From Promethearchaeota archaeon (GTDB lineage Archaea > Asgardarchaeota > Lokiarchaeia > Sigyniarchaeales > SOKP01): a DNA stretch of 64,000 bases. The stretch is from positions 1 through 64,000 of the forward strand of contig JABCSY010000002.1 of assembly GCA_018238625.1 (NCBI GenBank). Direction: 5' to 3'. Position numbers and translations under genes: made by a program. This document shows positions 47,813-58,160 of this stretch, piece after piece; position 1 is the stretch's first letter; every line of letters starts with the position of its first letter. A model generated the notes under the pieces. That model saw nothing but the letters and a program-made list of their open reading frames with translations, did not search any database and was not told the origin of the DNA.

Positions 47813-50542
47813 TTAATTTTTAATTGTAACAATTCCATTATAGCCATTAATATTTACAATTTGACCGTTTTTAAAGAGTTTACAGGCGTTTGGAACGTTT
47901 GTAACTGCAGGTATACCATATTCCCGAGCTACTACTGCACCATGACTAAGTATCCCTCCCGTTTCAGTGATAAGACCGCCTATTTTTGAAAATACAGGAG
48001 TCCACCCTGGATCTGTTCGAGGTACTACAAGGATCTCGTTTGCTTTAACTGTAGAGATTTGATTAATAGTTCGAATTATGTGAATTTTCCCAGTAATTAT
48101 TCCATGGCTTGCTGGTATTCCTTGGATAATTGAACTATCTTTTGAGTACTTTAAAACATCGTTAAATTCATGGGAATCTAAAAGAAATTTTGGAGGAACT
48201 TCATGCTCAAATTTTAGAAAATCTCTTTTTCTACTACTGAGTTCAATCTGTAATTTGGACAATTCGCTCTCATTAAATCTATGATGTAATAAATCTTCAA
48301 TCTCTTTTTTTTTTAGAAAAAATATATCATTTGACTCCTTTAGAATTCCCTCATTAGTAAATAGTTTTCCTATTTCTAAAAAAACCATCCGATTTCTTGT
48401 AATCCAGCGATCCAAGTTAAATCTCTGATTTTCTCTAAAGATTATGTATAACCGGCTTAGTTTTAAAATAACACTTAAGATTTTCCATTTTATAAAACCA
48501 AATCGTTGCGATCTAATTTTGTATTCAACTATCTTCTCAAATTTTTCTTGGATCTCACAGCTGAAAAAGTTTTTACTAGTTTTTGCATGTGTTGTTTCTG
48601 TGGTTAATGATTTTAAGATATTAAATATGTGAATCATTGGTTTTTCGCTCCAACGGGGGTAATATGGCTCTCTAGTGAATCCACGATCGCCAAATTTCTT
48701 TAAAAAATTATCCAATTCTAATAGAAAATTGTTAATTTGTGAATTTTTTTCATGTTTTAGCAGGTCATAAATATTTTCAGATTTATTGTCGAGTATTATT
48801 GACTTTAAGTTAGAGTCATCTTGAATTAAGGCCGCTAATGAATGAATTCCCTCATTAGTTTCAGTTAACTTATGTTTTAAGCCTGATATTAAAACGGGAT
48901 AATATAGTAATGATTCATTTTTCCCTAGAAAACGAGTTAGAAGATATTGTGTCATTAAATTCATTCCAATATTATGAACGGGGATCCCATACCTTACTAA
49001 ACAGAAATGAGGAACCATTGCACGATTGAGATCTTCTGCAAGTGAAAATAAAGCCAGCCCATCGCTTGTATCTTCAATTTTTTTGAATTTTAAATCAAAA
49101 TTTATGCAAAACGGATTAAATATCATATTAGTCCACTCATCGTATTTTACCGCAGTTTTAGTAATGCTACCATCAGGATCATAAAACATTACTCGAATTT
49201 CTGCAATCACACGATTCTTAATATGGAAAGGAAGGTTTTTAATTGTTTCTTTACCGTAGTATCCATAACCATCTGGAAAGTAATTTAAAAGATCTTCGTT
49301 TCGTAACATATTTGGAATTTCATTTTCTACTTTAAGTTTAAGAACATTTAAATTGAAATACACGTGACCATTATAAAGCTTTAAAAGCTTATTATCTATA
49401 TTTTCATAGCCCAAAATACTATTAAGCTCGATATTAACAATTTTGGTTAAATTATCTCCTAATAATTCGAAAAAGAGAGGACTAACAGGATCATTCCAAT
49501 AATCGTCGCTATAGCCTCGACTCCACATTTTTTTTTCTCTGATTTTTAAGGGACTCATTGAAGTTATAGGGCGCGATTGAAGAAGATAAATGCGATCGTC
49601 TTGATCTATAGCCCATTCTATGTCTTGAGGCTTTCCTCCAAAGATATTTTCAATTTTGCCCCCAATTCTAGCAAGTTTAACAATGATCTTGTCTGATAGA
49701 GAAGATTCCCTGCTTTTTTGTTCGGAGAGGAGTCTTTGCTCGATACCACTATCTCCATTAGTCTCTTTTGAAAAAATGGCAAATTCTTTTTTTCCTATTC
49801 TTTTGTCAATGACTCTAAATACTTTTTTTCCTTTTGTAAGTATTTTTTGAACAATGTATTGATCTGGATTAATCTGACCAGACATTAAGGATTCTCCTAA
49901 TCCAAAATTAGATTCAATAAGAATTTCTGAAATATCCGATGTAATAGGATTAGCTGTAAATAAAACTCCTGCAGATTTTGGTGAAATCATTTTTTGAACA
50001 ATGGTTGCAATTTTAACATTGTTATGAGGTATCATATTCTTTATCCTATAAGATATTGCTCTACCCGTCCAAAGAGATGCATAGCACTGTTTAATGTGAT
50101 GAAGAATCTGCTTGAACCCTTTAAGATTTAAATAAGTATCATATTGACCCGCAAATGAAGCTTCTGGTAAATCTTCTGCTGTAGCCGACGATCTTACGGC
50201 AACATAATAAGTTTCATAATGAGGATACTTAGCAGAGATTTCATTGGTGAGTTCAATAGGAAGTGGACTACCCTCAATAGCGTTTTGAATTGATTTCGCT
50301 GCTGCTTCAATAGAGGCATAATCATTATCTGTGATTTTATTTAGTGAATCTTGGATAATATTATCAAGCTTATTACGCACTAGAAATAATGAGTAAGCCG
50401 AAGTTTTTATGACGTATCCTTCTGGAACATAAAAATCATTTGCCATTAGAAAGCTGAGATTAGCGGCTTTACTACCGATATTTTTAACATCATCAGTTAA
50501 TATTTCAGTTAAATTTATTGTAAAAGGACCATCTACAACCAA
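47813..50542 (-). CDS. PEP-synthase-like dikinase with rifampin-phosphotransferase/PigC architecture
   Basis: ATP-grasp (GSKAANL, AVRSSATAED..ASFAGQ, DIEW, LQSRPIT), large central domain, C-terminal His-swivel TDPGWT...SHGAVVAREYGIPAV. Probable TTG start at 50542. Confidence 0.85.
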   Translation of the reverse strand: MVVDGPFTINLTEILTDDVKNIGSKAANLSFLMANDFYVPEGYVIKTSAYSLFLVRNKLDNIIQDSLNKITDNDYASIEAAAKSIQNAIEGSPLPIELTNEISAKYPHYETYYVAVRSSATAEDLPEASFAGQYDTYLNLKGFKQILHHIKQCYASLWTGRAISYRIKNMIPHNNVKIATIVQKMISPKSAGVLFTANPITSDISEILIESNFGLGESLMSGQINPDQYIVQKILTKGKKVFRVIDKRIGKKEFAIFSKETNGDSGIEQRLLSEQKSRESSLSDKIIVKLARIGGKIENIFGGKPQDIEWAIDQDDRIYLLQSRPITSMSPLKIREKKMWSRGYSDDYWNDPVSPLFFELLGDNLTKIVNIELNSILGYENIDNKLLKLYNGHVYFNLNVLKLKVENEIPNMLRNEDLLNYFPDGYGYYGKETIKNLPFHIKNRVIAEIRVMFYDPDGSITKTAVKYDEWTNMIFNPFCINFDLKFKKIEDTSDGLALFSLAEDLNRAMVPHFCLVRYGIPVHNIGMNLMTQYLLTRFLGKNESLLYYPVLISGLKHKLTETNEGIHSLAALIQDDSNLKSIILDNKSENIYDLLKHEKNSQINNFLLELDNFLKKFGDRGFTREPYYPRWSEKPMIHIFNILKSLTTETTHAKTSKNFFSCEIQEKFEKIVEYKIRSQRFGFIKWKILSVILKLSRLYIIFRENQRFNLDRWITRNRMVFLEIGKLFTNEGILKESNDIFFLKKKEIEDLLHHRFNESELSKLQIELSSRKRDFLKFEHEVPPKFLLDSHEFNDVLKYSKDSSIIQGIPASHGIITGKIHIIRTINQISTVKANEILVVPRTDPGWTPVFSKIGGLITETGGILSHGAVVAREYGIPAVTNVPNACKLFKNGQIVNINGYNGIVTIKN

Positions 50543-50752
50543 ATAAATCACCCATGAAATTTAGGATATAATTTTAAGTTTAAAATTAAAATCTTTAATA
50601 CATCTTTGTTTAAAATTATTTATAAAAGTTAATTTAACCTAGCCTACAAATTAACGAATTTAGGGGAAATTGATTTTTCTTAATTGGAAAAATTTAAAGT
50701 TTATAGTAGTTTTTATTTAAACACAACATATTAAAAGAAATTAGTGATATTA

Positions 50753-51046
50753 ATGGGTAAAACGAAAAAAACCGGTCTTTCAGCCACTTTTGGAGCTCGC
50801 TATGGCTCTAATGTTCGCAAGAAATGGAGACTAATCATGGAAAAGCAAAAAGGGGGAAATTTAAAATGCCCTCGATGCGAAACAAAAGGATCGATCCATA
50901 GAATTTCGACTGGTATATGGTATTGCAGAAAATGTAGTGCTAAATTTACAGGAGGGGCATATAACACCCAAACACCTCGAGGCGCAGAGTCCTTTAGAAT
51001 AGCGAAGCGAAAACAAAGAGAATCAGAAGTAATTGAAGAACAATGA
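50753..51046 (+). CDS. rpl37ae: 50S ribosomal protein L37Ae (eL43)
   Basis: FGARYG, CPRC...GIWYCRKC..FTGGAY. Confidence 0.96.
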   Translation: MGKTKKTGLSATFGARYGSNVRKKWRLIMEKQKGGNLKCPRCETKGSIHRISTGIWYCRKCSAKFTGGAYNTQTPRGAESFRIAKRKQRESEVIEEQ

Positions 51047-51312
51047 ATAATGATAATTTTTTTACAATAAAATCTACTTTAGAGCTTAAATTTAAAACTT
51101 CTAAACTGTGTGATATTTCTTATAACTCATTTTTACCCGAATTTAACATAGTAAAATCGAAAAGATCTACTATAGAGATGAAAAAAGAGGAATATTCGTT
51201 AATATTTCAAATTAATAGCAACGATATCACTGCTTTCAGGGCAAGTATTAATGAGATAATCAGTTTTGGAAAGGTTATTGATAATACGCTAAAAATTGTT
51301 GAAAATTCGTAA
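51043..51312 (+). CDS. pcc1: KEOPS subunit Pcc1
   Basis: SFLPE..RS..I.SNDITAFRASIN; conserved position after rpl37ae. Confidence 0.85.
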   Translation: MNNDNFFTIKSTLELKFKTSKLCDISYNSFLPEFNIVKSKRSTIEMKKEEYSLIFQINSNDITAFRASINEIISFGKVIDNTLKIVENS

Positions 51313-51370
51313 ATTTCATATTAGAAATTTCATTTTTCTATAAAATATAAAAAATATTATGTGATTATCA

Positions 51371-51727
51371 TTGACAATAAATTACGAATCCTTAAACGAA
51401 GAAACAAAGAAGAAATTTCAAACTCTATCTCAATTTGGTCAAACTTTAGAGATCCTTACACAACAGAAGTTACAAATTGATAGTAATATTAGAGAAACAG
51501 AACTAGCGATAGAAAATCTTACTGAAGCTACTCCAGATACTCCGGTTTACAAAAGTATTGGTGGCGTGATGGTAAAAAGTACTCGAGATAAACTGCTTGA
51601 CGAGAAAAATACTAATAAAGAAACTCTAACTATGCAATCTAAAACGCTTGCTCAAAAGATCGAAAGAACTAAGAGTACTTTTGAGAGCATGCAGAAATCT
51701 CTTCAAGAAGATTTACAAAATCAATAA
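51371..51727 (+). CDS. pfdB: Prefoldin beta subunit
   Basis: Coiled coils flanking VYKSIGGVMV. Confidence 0.92.
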   Translation: MTINYESLNEETKKKFQTLSQFGQTLEILTQQKLQIDSNIRETELAIENLTEATPDTPVYKSIGGVMVKSTRDKLLDEKNTNKETLTMQSKTLAQKIERTKSTFESMQKSLQEDLQNQ

Positions 51728-51743
51728 TATATTCAATATTTTT

Positions 51744-52751
51744 ATGCTTAATACTAAAAAAGATGATTTTTTAAGTTATTTAAAGGGAAAAAATCTCTTA
51801 ATTACCACTCATGATTCAGCTGATCTTGACGGTTTTGTGTCTGTTATAGTTTTAAAATTCTTTTTTGAGAATTTTTTCTCAAATCAAAATATATATTTAA
51901 CCTTCTCAAAATTATCTAAATATACTCAAAATTTTGTTGTAAAATTTCTCCAAAAATTTCCAGACTTTAATTTTCCCTCTAAAAATGACGAAAACTTCTC
52001 GGATATTGACATTATAGTTATTGTCGACACAAATAATATAGAACAAATAAAATTGTCAAGCGCATTAAATTTAGAAGTCCCCTTTATTTTTGTAGATCAT
52101 CATTTAGATTTAAAAAAGAATTATGGAAGAAACATAACATCGTTAAATTTAATATTTGAAAATTATTCTTCGACAGCAGAGATAATATTAGAGTTAATTG
52201 ATAATTACGACTTCAATCTTCCAATCCCATACAAATATCTTTTAATATCGGCAATATTAACCGATTCAGGGTTTCTTAAATATGGAAATACCGAGACTAT
52301 CAAGCATTTATTGAATATTTTGCAAAATGGAATAGATTTTCAAGATGTTCTACCATTATTAGAGAATGAAACCGATATTTCTAAAAAAATTGCAAACATT
52401 AAAGGGTTGCAAAGAGCTAAACTAATTCGAGCTGACAGTTGGTTAATTGGTATTTCACATGTTAGTAGTTTTAGCGCCTCCGTTGCTTCAACTTTAATAA
52501 AAGTTGGATTTGATGTTGGAATTGTTTATACAAAAGAAAAATCTAAGTATAGAATCAGCGCTCGAGCAAAAAAAAATGTATGTTTAAAAACGGGGTTGCA
52601 TCTTGGGAAAGTTTTTAATGGAATAAGTAATGTAGATGGTGGCGGGCATGATGGCGCTGCGACTTTAAACGGTGAAAATGATTTAGAGCGTACTCTTAAC
52701 GAAATAATAGATTCTATAAAACGAACTTTAATTAATTATAAACCGTTATAA
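51744..52751 (+). CDS. DHH/DHHA1 phosphoesterase (NrnA-like)
   Basis: THDSADLDG, VDHH, SSTAE, LTDSG, GGGHDGAA. Confidence 0.9.
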   Translation: MLNTKKDDFLSYLKGKNLLITTHDSADLDGFVSVIVLKFFFENFFSNQNIYLTFSKLSKYTQNFVVKFLQKFPDFNFPSKNDENFSDIDIIVIVDTNNIEQIKLSSALNLEVPFIFVDHHLDLKKNYGRNITSLNLIFENYSSTAEIILELIDNYDFNLPIPYKYLLISAILTDSGFLKYGNTETIKHLLNILQNGIDFQDVLPLLENETDISKKIANIKGLQRAKLIRADSWLIGISHVSSFSASVASTLIKVGFDVGIVYTKEKSKYRISARAKKNVCLKTGLHLGKVFNGISNVDGGGHDGAATLNGENDLERTLNEIIDSIKRTLINYKPL

Positions 52752-52781
52752 AGCAAATAGATATGTAGATATCCTTATATA

Positions 52782-53621
52782 ATGAGCCTAATTAAATTTA
52801 GCAATTTTCATTTTCGATACAAAGGAAATGAAGAATATGCTTTAAATAATATTAATTTAAAAATTGAATCTAACAAATTTATTTTGTTAGCCGGAGAGAC
52901 TGGATCTGGAAAAACTTCGTTAATCAGATGCATGAATGGCTTAATCCCCCAATTTTATGCGGGTTATTATAAGGGATCTGTGGAAATCTCAGGAAAAAAT
53001 ACAACTGAAACATCTATATCAAAATTATCTAAAGATATTGGAATTGTATTTCAAAACCCTGAAAACCAATTAATTGCAATGAATGTAGAACACGAAATTG
53101 CTTTTGGTTTGGAAAACCTTGGAATTTCGAGGGATGTTATTAAAGAAAGAATTGAAGAAGTTGTAAAAATAACTGAAATTGAAAACATAATGGATAAAGC
53201 ACCTTTTGAGATCAGTGGCGGTGAGCAACAACGAGTTGCTATTGCTTCAATTTTAGTATTAGAGCCAAAAATTATCGTTCTAGACGAGCCTACCGCAAAT
53301 TTAGACCCTTTTTTTGCTCAAAAAATTATTACTTTATTGAAAAAAATTCAAATTGAAAAGAAAATTACAGTTATAATTAGCGAACATCGAATGGATTTGA
53401 TTGTCCCAATTGTGGACGATATAATCTTGATGAAAGAAGGTGAAGTTATCGCTTACGACGAAAAAGATAAAATAACTAGTGATGACATTTTTGAGAATTT
53501 AAATATTAATAAACCAAAAATATATTCAATTTTTAATAAATTGAAAAAAAGAAATTTATTTGGGCAAAATATTCCAATATCGATTCAAGATGCTATTAAT
53601 TTATTAAAAACTATTAATTAA
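52782..53621 (+). CDS. ecfA1: ECF transporter ATPase A1
   Basis: GETGSGKT, FQNPENQ, ISGGEQQR, LDEP. Confidence 0.9.
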   Translation: MSLIKFSNFHFRYKGNEEYALNNINLKIESNKFILLAGETGSGKTSLIRCMNGLIPQFYAGYYKGSVEISGKNTTETSISKLSKDIGIVFQNPENQLIAMNVEHEIAFGLENLGISRDVIKERIEEVVKITEIENIMDKAPFEISGGEQQRVAIASILVLEPKIIVLDEPTANLDPFFAQKIITLLKKIQIEKKITVIISEHRMDLIVPIVDDIILMKEGEVIAYDEKDKITSDDIFENLNINKPKIYSIFNKLKKRNLFGQNIPISIQDAINLLKTIN

Positions 53622-53633
53622 ATTTGAAAGGTT

Positions 53634-54509
53634 ATGAAGGAAAAGAACTCGCTACCTTTAATAATGATGCATGATGTTGAATATGTTTATTCAAATGGGA
53701 CGGTGGCATTAAAAAAAGTCTCTCTCAACATCAATAAAGGCGAGTTTATAGCAATAATGGGTCAAAACGGAGCGGGAAAAACGACATTAATTCGAACTAT
53801 TAACGGCTTAATCCGCCCTACTAAGGGAGAAATTTTTTTAGAGGGTGAAAATATCGACTCTAAAACTATTGCTACTTTATCTAAAAAAGTAGGAATTATT
53901 TTTCAAAATCCTACACATCAACTATTTTCTAATACGGTTGAGGATGAAATTAAGTTTTCGTTGAAAAATCTTAATTTAGACAAAGAAGAAATTCAGATAA
54001 AAGCAGATAAAGTATTAAAAGAATTTAATCTAGAAAAGTATCGAAATCGATCGCCATTAAGTCTATCTGGCGGAGAATCAAAAAAAATAGCTGTTGCTTC
54101 AATTATATGCCGCGACACCGAAATTTTAGTTTTTGACGAGCCAACATTGGGTCAGGATGCAAAAGAAATTAGATTTTTTGTTAAATTATTACATAACGAA
54201 TTAAAAAGGGGGAAAACAATAATTATAGTAACTCATAGTGTAGAATTTACTATAGAGCACGCCCCAAGGACCGTTTTAATGAGCGGAGGAAGAATTATTG
54301 CTGATGGTCCAACAAAAAATATTCTTACTAATGAATTTTTAGTAGAAAGCTCATCGCTAGTTATGCCACAAATTTATCAACTTAGAATTGAACTTCAAAA
54401 AATTGGAATTGATGTCCCTAAAGAAGTTGTAAAGGAGCAAGAAATGATAAATTTTCTTAACAATTATTTGGAAAATAAGACAACAACTATACCCGAGGGT
54501 CGTCCATAA
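53634..54509 (+). CDS. ecfA2: ECF transporter ATPase A2
   Basis: GQNGAGKT, FQNP, LSGGE, FDEPTLGQD. Confidence 0.9.
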   Translation: MKEKNSLPLIMMHDVEYVYSNGTVALKKVSLNINKGEFIAIMGQNGAGKTTLIRTINGLIRPTKGEIFLEGENIDSKTIATLSKKVGIIFQNPTHQLFSNTVEDEIKFSLKNLNLDKEEIQIKADKVLKEFNLEKYRNRSPLSLSGGESKKIAVASIICRDTEILVFDEPTLGQDAKEIRFFVKLLHNELKRGKTIIIVTHSVEFTIEHAPRTVLMSGGRIIADGPTKNILTNEFLVESSSLVMPQIYQLRIELQKIGIDVPKEVVKEQEMINFLNNYLENKTTTIPEGRP

Positions 54510-55286
54510 ATGTCTTTAGAATTTCTCAGTGCATTCAAATTTTTGAAAAAAGAAACTTTTTTACATAATCTAGATCCAAGAACAAAATTATTGTTAGCGA
54601 TAACCTACACTATTAACGCTTTGTTGTTCCAAGAAATCATCCCTTTATTATTAATTTTAATAACTTTACTGCCAATAATTCTTTTAGGACGCTTATTTAA
54701 ACAATGGTTAAGAAGTATCAAAGGAATGTCCTTTCTCTACATTTTTATCATTGTTTTGAACACCCTATTTATCAAGGACAGGGGTTTATCATTTGCAATA
54801 GCCATGATATTAAGAATCTCCATAATGATTTCAGCATTTTCATTGTTTTTCTTAACTGTCGACCCAAACGATTTGACTCTTTCTTTGATTTCTATGAAGA
54901 TTTCCTATGAATATGCGTTTTCCTTTTCATTAGCTTTTAGATTCGTTCCAACGATTGCAATAGAGGCTCAAAATATTATGGACGCTCAACAAAGTCGAGG
55001 TTATGAAATGCAACAAAAAGGCATTATTAATCAGGTAAAAAATCTATTTCCTCTCTTAGTCCCTCTAATAATAAGCTCTATAAAAAGAGCTTTTAACGTC
55101 GCAGAGGCTCTTGAATCAAGGGCTTTTGGAAGTAAAAAGGAGCGTACTTTTTATTTTACTATTAAATATTCAACCAAAGATTGGATATTTACGATATATT
55201 TGATTTTATTGTCGACTACTCTAATTTTTATTAAGATCCACTTTATTTCAATGCCACTATGGTTTAGATGGAGTTTACCTGTATGA
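54510..55286 (+). CDS. ecfT: ECF transporter transmembrane T component
   Basis: LDPRTKL, RFVP, AQQSRG, ALESRAF. Confidence 0.92.
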   Translation: MSLEFLSAFKFLKKETFLHNLDPRTKLLLAITYTINALLFQEIIPLLLILITLLPIILLGRLFKQWLRSIKGMSFLYIFIIVLNTLFIKDRGLSFAIAMILRISIMISAFSLFFLTVDPNDLTLSLISMKISYEYAFSFSLAFRFVPTIAIEAQNIMDAQQSRGYEMQQKGIINQVKNLFPLLVPLIISSIKRAFNVAEALESRAFGSKKERTFYFTIKYSTKDWIFTIYLILLSTTLIFIKIHFISMPLWFRWSLPV

Positions 55287-55939
55287 TCATAAATTCTTTC
55301 AAAGGTTTAAACGAAAATCTTAAGTATTACGTAGGAATTAATCAAATTGAGGTTGAGCCAGAAGAATTATCTTTAGAAAAGCTATTAAAATTAATTGAAG
55401 TTATACAAAAAAATCATAATGACACTGTATTACAATTTTTCAACGAAAAGTATGTTCTAAATAAAGAACATATATTTCACGCTTGTTATTTCGTTCAAAA
55501 CGCTTTTTTTAATAAAATTAATATTTCAAATAAAAAAAATATTGAACTTTTTTTATATTTGGCAGCTAAAAGGCAAATTAAGTTAGGTCTCGAAGATTTT
55601 GGGATAGATAATTATAATATTAACAATCGTAGAATTAGTTTTTGTGTAATCTCGTCGAAAAACAACGTTAAGCAAATTAATTTGGAAGTAAATGAGTATT
55701 TAGGTTCTAAAGACATGAGTTTAAATTTAGAAGAACCATCTATAGAAAAATACAAAATCGTTAAAAATTATTTTAATTTTTCTAATAAGCAAATTTTAAC
55801 TGTGTTAAAGTCATATGGGATTAAACTAAGTTACATAGAACCGAACGAGAAAAATATCGTTAATCTATTTAGAGCTTTAAACGATTTATTATGTGAAGAG
55901 ATGGCTTTGTTAAGTTTAGAGAAAACAAGATCTGATTAG
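55283..55939 (+). CDS. cgi121: KEOPS subunit Cgi121
   Basis: HIFHA..AF....NIS....IELFLYLAAKRQI; ATGA overlap with the ecfT stop. Confidence 0.8.
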   Translation: MIINSFKGLNENLKYYVGINQIEVEPEELSLEKLLKLIEVIQKNHNDTVLQFFNEKYVLNKEHIFHACYFVQNAFFNKINISNKKNIELFLYLAAKRQIKLGLEDFGIDNYNINNRRISFCVISSKNNVKQINLEVNEYLGSKDMSLNLEEPSIEKYKIVKNYFNFSNKQILTVLKSYGIKLSYIEPNEKNIVNLFRALNDLLCEEMALLSLEKTRSD

Positions 55940-56466
55940 AGCCTATTAAACTTATTATTAATCCTAACTAAATCGTTTGGGTTTAAAAAAGAAATTCCAG
56001 TAACATTTCCCAGGATTTCTATCCTTATAATTTTGTCTGGATTATCCAAATTAACTTTATTATTAACAATTTTAGCAACCAATTCAATAACAGTGTCTCT
56101 TTCTACCAATTCATTTTTTCTACGTATTAAATCAATCTTAAAAGACTGATCTTCATTAATATAAATGCGATAATATTTATCTACGAATTCTTTGATAGTT
56201 TTTGTATTAGTTTCACAAACATAATCAATTGGGGTAATTTTTAAAACGAACTGAAAAAAATTAGGATCATTTTCTATTATGTTTTTAATTCTAGATATAA
56301 CTTCTTTACGATCAAGATTAGTTACTGCTGTTATCAATCCAGGATACTTTAGCCCTGATATAATAGGGTATTTGTCGCCACACATTAACAGAGTAAACCA
56401 GATTTCTGCTTTTGCGTTTGTCTCGTTATATCTTGAGGTTGAGATCAATAGATTAAAGTTGTTCAA
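55936..56466 (-). CDS. THUMP-domain RNA-binding protein
   Basis: KITPID, SFKIDLIRR, KVNLDNPDKIIRIEI. Confidence 0.88.
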   Translation of the reverse strand: MNNFNLLISTSRYNETNAKAEIWFTLLMCGDKYPIISGLKYPGLITAVTNLDRKEVISRIKNIIENDPNFFQFVLKITPIDYVCETNTKTIKEFVDKYYRIYINEDQSFKIDLIRRKNELVERDTVIELVAKIVNNKVNLDNPDKIIRIEILGNVTGISFLNPNDLVRINNKFNRL

Positions 56467-56482
56467 ATTTTACTCCTTATTT

Positions 56483-57151
56483 TTAATCTTCCTTTATTTC
56501 TAAAATGCTTTCGATATCTTCTTCTTCTATCAACCCAATTCGCAGTAATTTTAACTTTTCTGAGCTACAATCAACGATTGTCGTAGGAACTTTCGATTGT
56601 GATTTTCCTCCATCGATTATTAAATCAATAGGTGTTAAGAATTTTTTCGCAACTTCGCTTCCACTAATAGATGCTGTCTCTCCAGAATAGTTTGCTGAAG
56701 TCCCAATTATCCCACCAAAGCATCCTTTTAATTTCAGTTTTTTTAAGATATGTAAAACGATCTCGTTTTCAGGAATACGGATACCAATAGTATTCTGAAA
56801 AGCAGTAACTTCTGGAGGAATGATATTTGGTTCTTTTTTTTTTAAAATTAAGGTTAGTTGACCAGGCCAAAAGTGATCTGCTAGCTTTCTACCTAAAATG
56901 TTAAACTCAGCTATTTTAGAAGCTTCCTCAACATCAGCTACTAACAATAACAATCCTTTAGATCGTTCTCGAAATTTTATTTCGTAAATTTTTTCAATAG
57001 CATTAAGATTTGTTGGATCACATCCAAGCCCATAGACAGAATTGGTAGGAAAAGCGATAACTTTTCCTTCTATTATGTTTTCCACTACAATATCTAGAAA
57101 ATATTCAATTTCTTCTATTTTTTTTCCCGCTAATTTAATTAAAAAACCCAT
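56483..57151 (-). CDS. tsaC: Threonylcarbamoyl-AMP synthase (TsaC/YrdC single domain)
   Basis: AFPTNSVYGLG, KFR, FWPGQLT, TSANYSG, PTTIVD. Confidence 0.92.
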   Translation of the reverse strand: MGFLIKLAGKKIEEIEYFLDIVVENIIEGKVIAFPTNSVYGLGCDPTNLNAIEKIYEIKFRERSKGLLLLVADVEEASKIAEFNILGRKLADHFWPGQLTLILKKKEPNIIPPEVTAFQNTIGIRIPENEIVLHILKKLKLKGCFGGIIGTSANYSGETASISGSEVAKKFLTPIDLIIDGGKSQSKVPTTIVDCSSEKLKLLRIGLIEEEDIESILEIKED

Positions 57152-57215
57152 AATATTCGGTTAAAATGTAAATGTAAATTAATAATAGAAAATGAAGATA
57201 GTAATAATTTAAAGA

Positions 57216-58157
57216 TTATTTTTGGTAATTATCTTGACAACTTAACTCAGCAGCAATTCGTTCCCAATTACGATCGAGGCGTTCTTGTAGTTCAATTAAA
57301 TCCTTTTCTGAAAGTTTTGAGAATCTTTTTTGATTCGAAAGATAGTCGATCAATGGCGTCCTCTTAGATGGGTCTAATAGTGGTTGGCTCTTTTTTGAAA
57401 GTTTCATTATACCATTTTCAATCTCATATAATATCCAAGAACCCGTTTTAACGGCCAAGCGCGCTAGTTCAATTGTACTTTCGGATTGATACCCCCATCC
57501 CGGTGGACATGGTGCTAGAATGTGAATGTATCTACATCCCTTAATTGATTTTGCTTTCTTAAATTTATCGTAAAGATCAAGCGGTTCACTAACACTACAT
57601 GTGGCAACATATGGAATCTCGTGAGCTGCCATTATAGCTGGAAGATTTTTCTTGTACCTTTCTTTTCCCAATGTTGTTGTCGTTGTAACAGCCCCGTGAG
57701 GCGTGCTTGATGATCTCTGGATGCCCGTATTCATGTAGGCCTCGTTATCGTAACAGCAATAAATAAAATCAGAATTTCTTTCAGCAGCTCCACTTAGACC
57801 TTGAATACCAATGTCCGTCGTACCTCCATCTCCAGCAAAAACTAGAGTTGTCATTTCCCCCCATACTTTACCTGGAAATCGATAATTCTTTGCTTTGAAT
57901 GCGGCAGACATCCCAGTTGCTGCCGCTGCTGCCGCTGCAAATGCCATGTTTGTAAAGGGAAAGTTTGGTGCAGCTTTAGGCCATAATCCTACTACTACAT
58001 TTAAACAACTAGCTGGCGTTACTAACGCTGTTTTAGGTCCTAACGCTTTCATTGCCCATCGTAGGGCAATTTCGAGACCACAACCAGCACAACAAGAATT
58101 GCCTGGAAGAAAAAACTCTTCTTGGCAAGATTCTAATGCTTCTTTTAATTTTACCAT
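57216..58157 (-). CDS. porB: 2-oxoacid:ferredoxin oxidoreductase beta subunit
   Basis: CAGCG, GDGG..DIG, YDNEAYMNTGIQ, APCPPGW. Confidence 0.93.
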   Translation of the reverse strand: MVKLKEALESCQEEFFLPGNSCCAGCGLEIALRWAMKALGPKTALVTPASCLNVVVGLWPKAAPNFPFTNMAFAAAAAAATGMSAAFKAKNYRFPGKVWGEMTTLVFAGDGGTTDIGIQGLSGAAERNSDFIYCCYDNEAYMNTGIQRSSSTPHGAVTTTTTLGKERYKKNLPAIMAAHEIPYVATCSVSEPLDLYDKFKKAKSIKGCRYIHILAPCPPGWGYQSESTIELARLAVKTGSWILYEIENGIMKLSKKSQPLLDPSKRTPLIDYLSNQKRFSKLSEKDLIELQERLDRNWERIAAELSCQDNYQK

Positions 58158-58160
58158 TAC

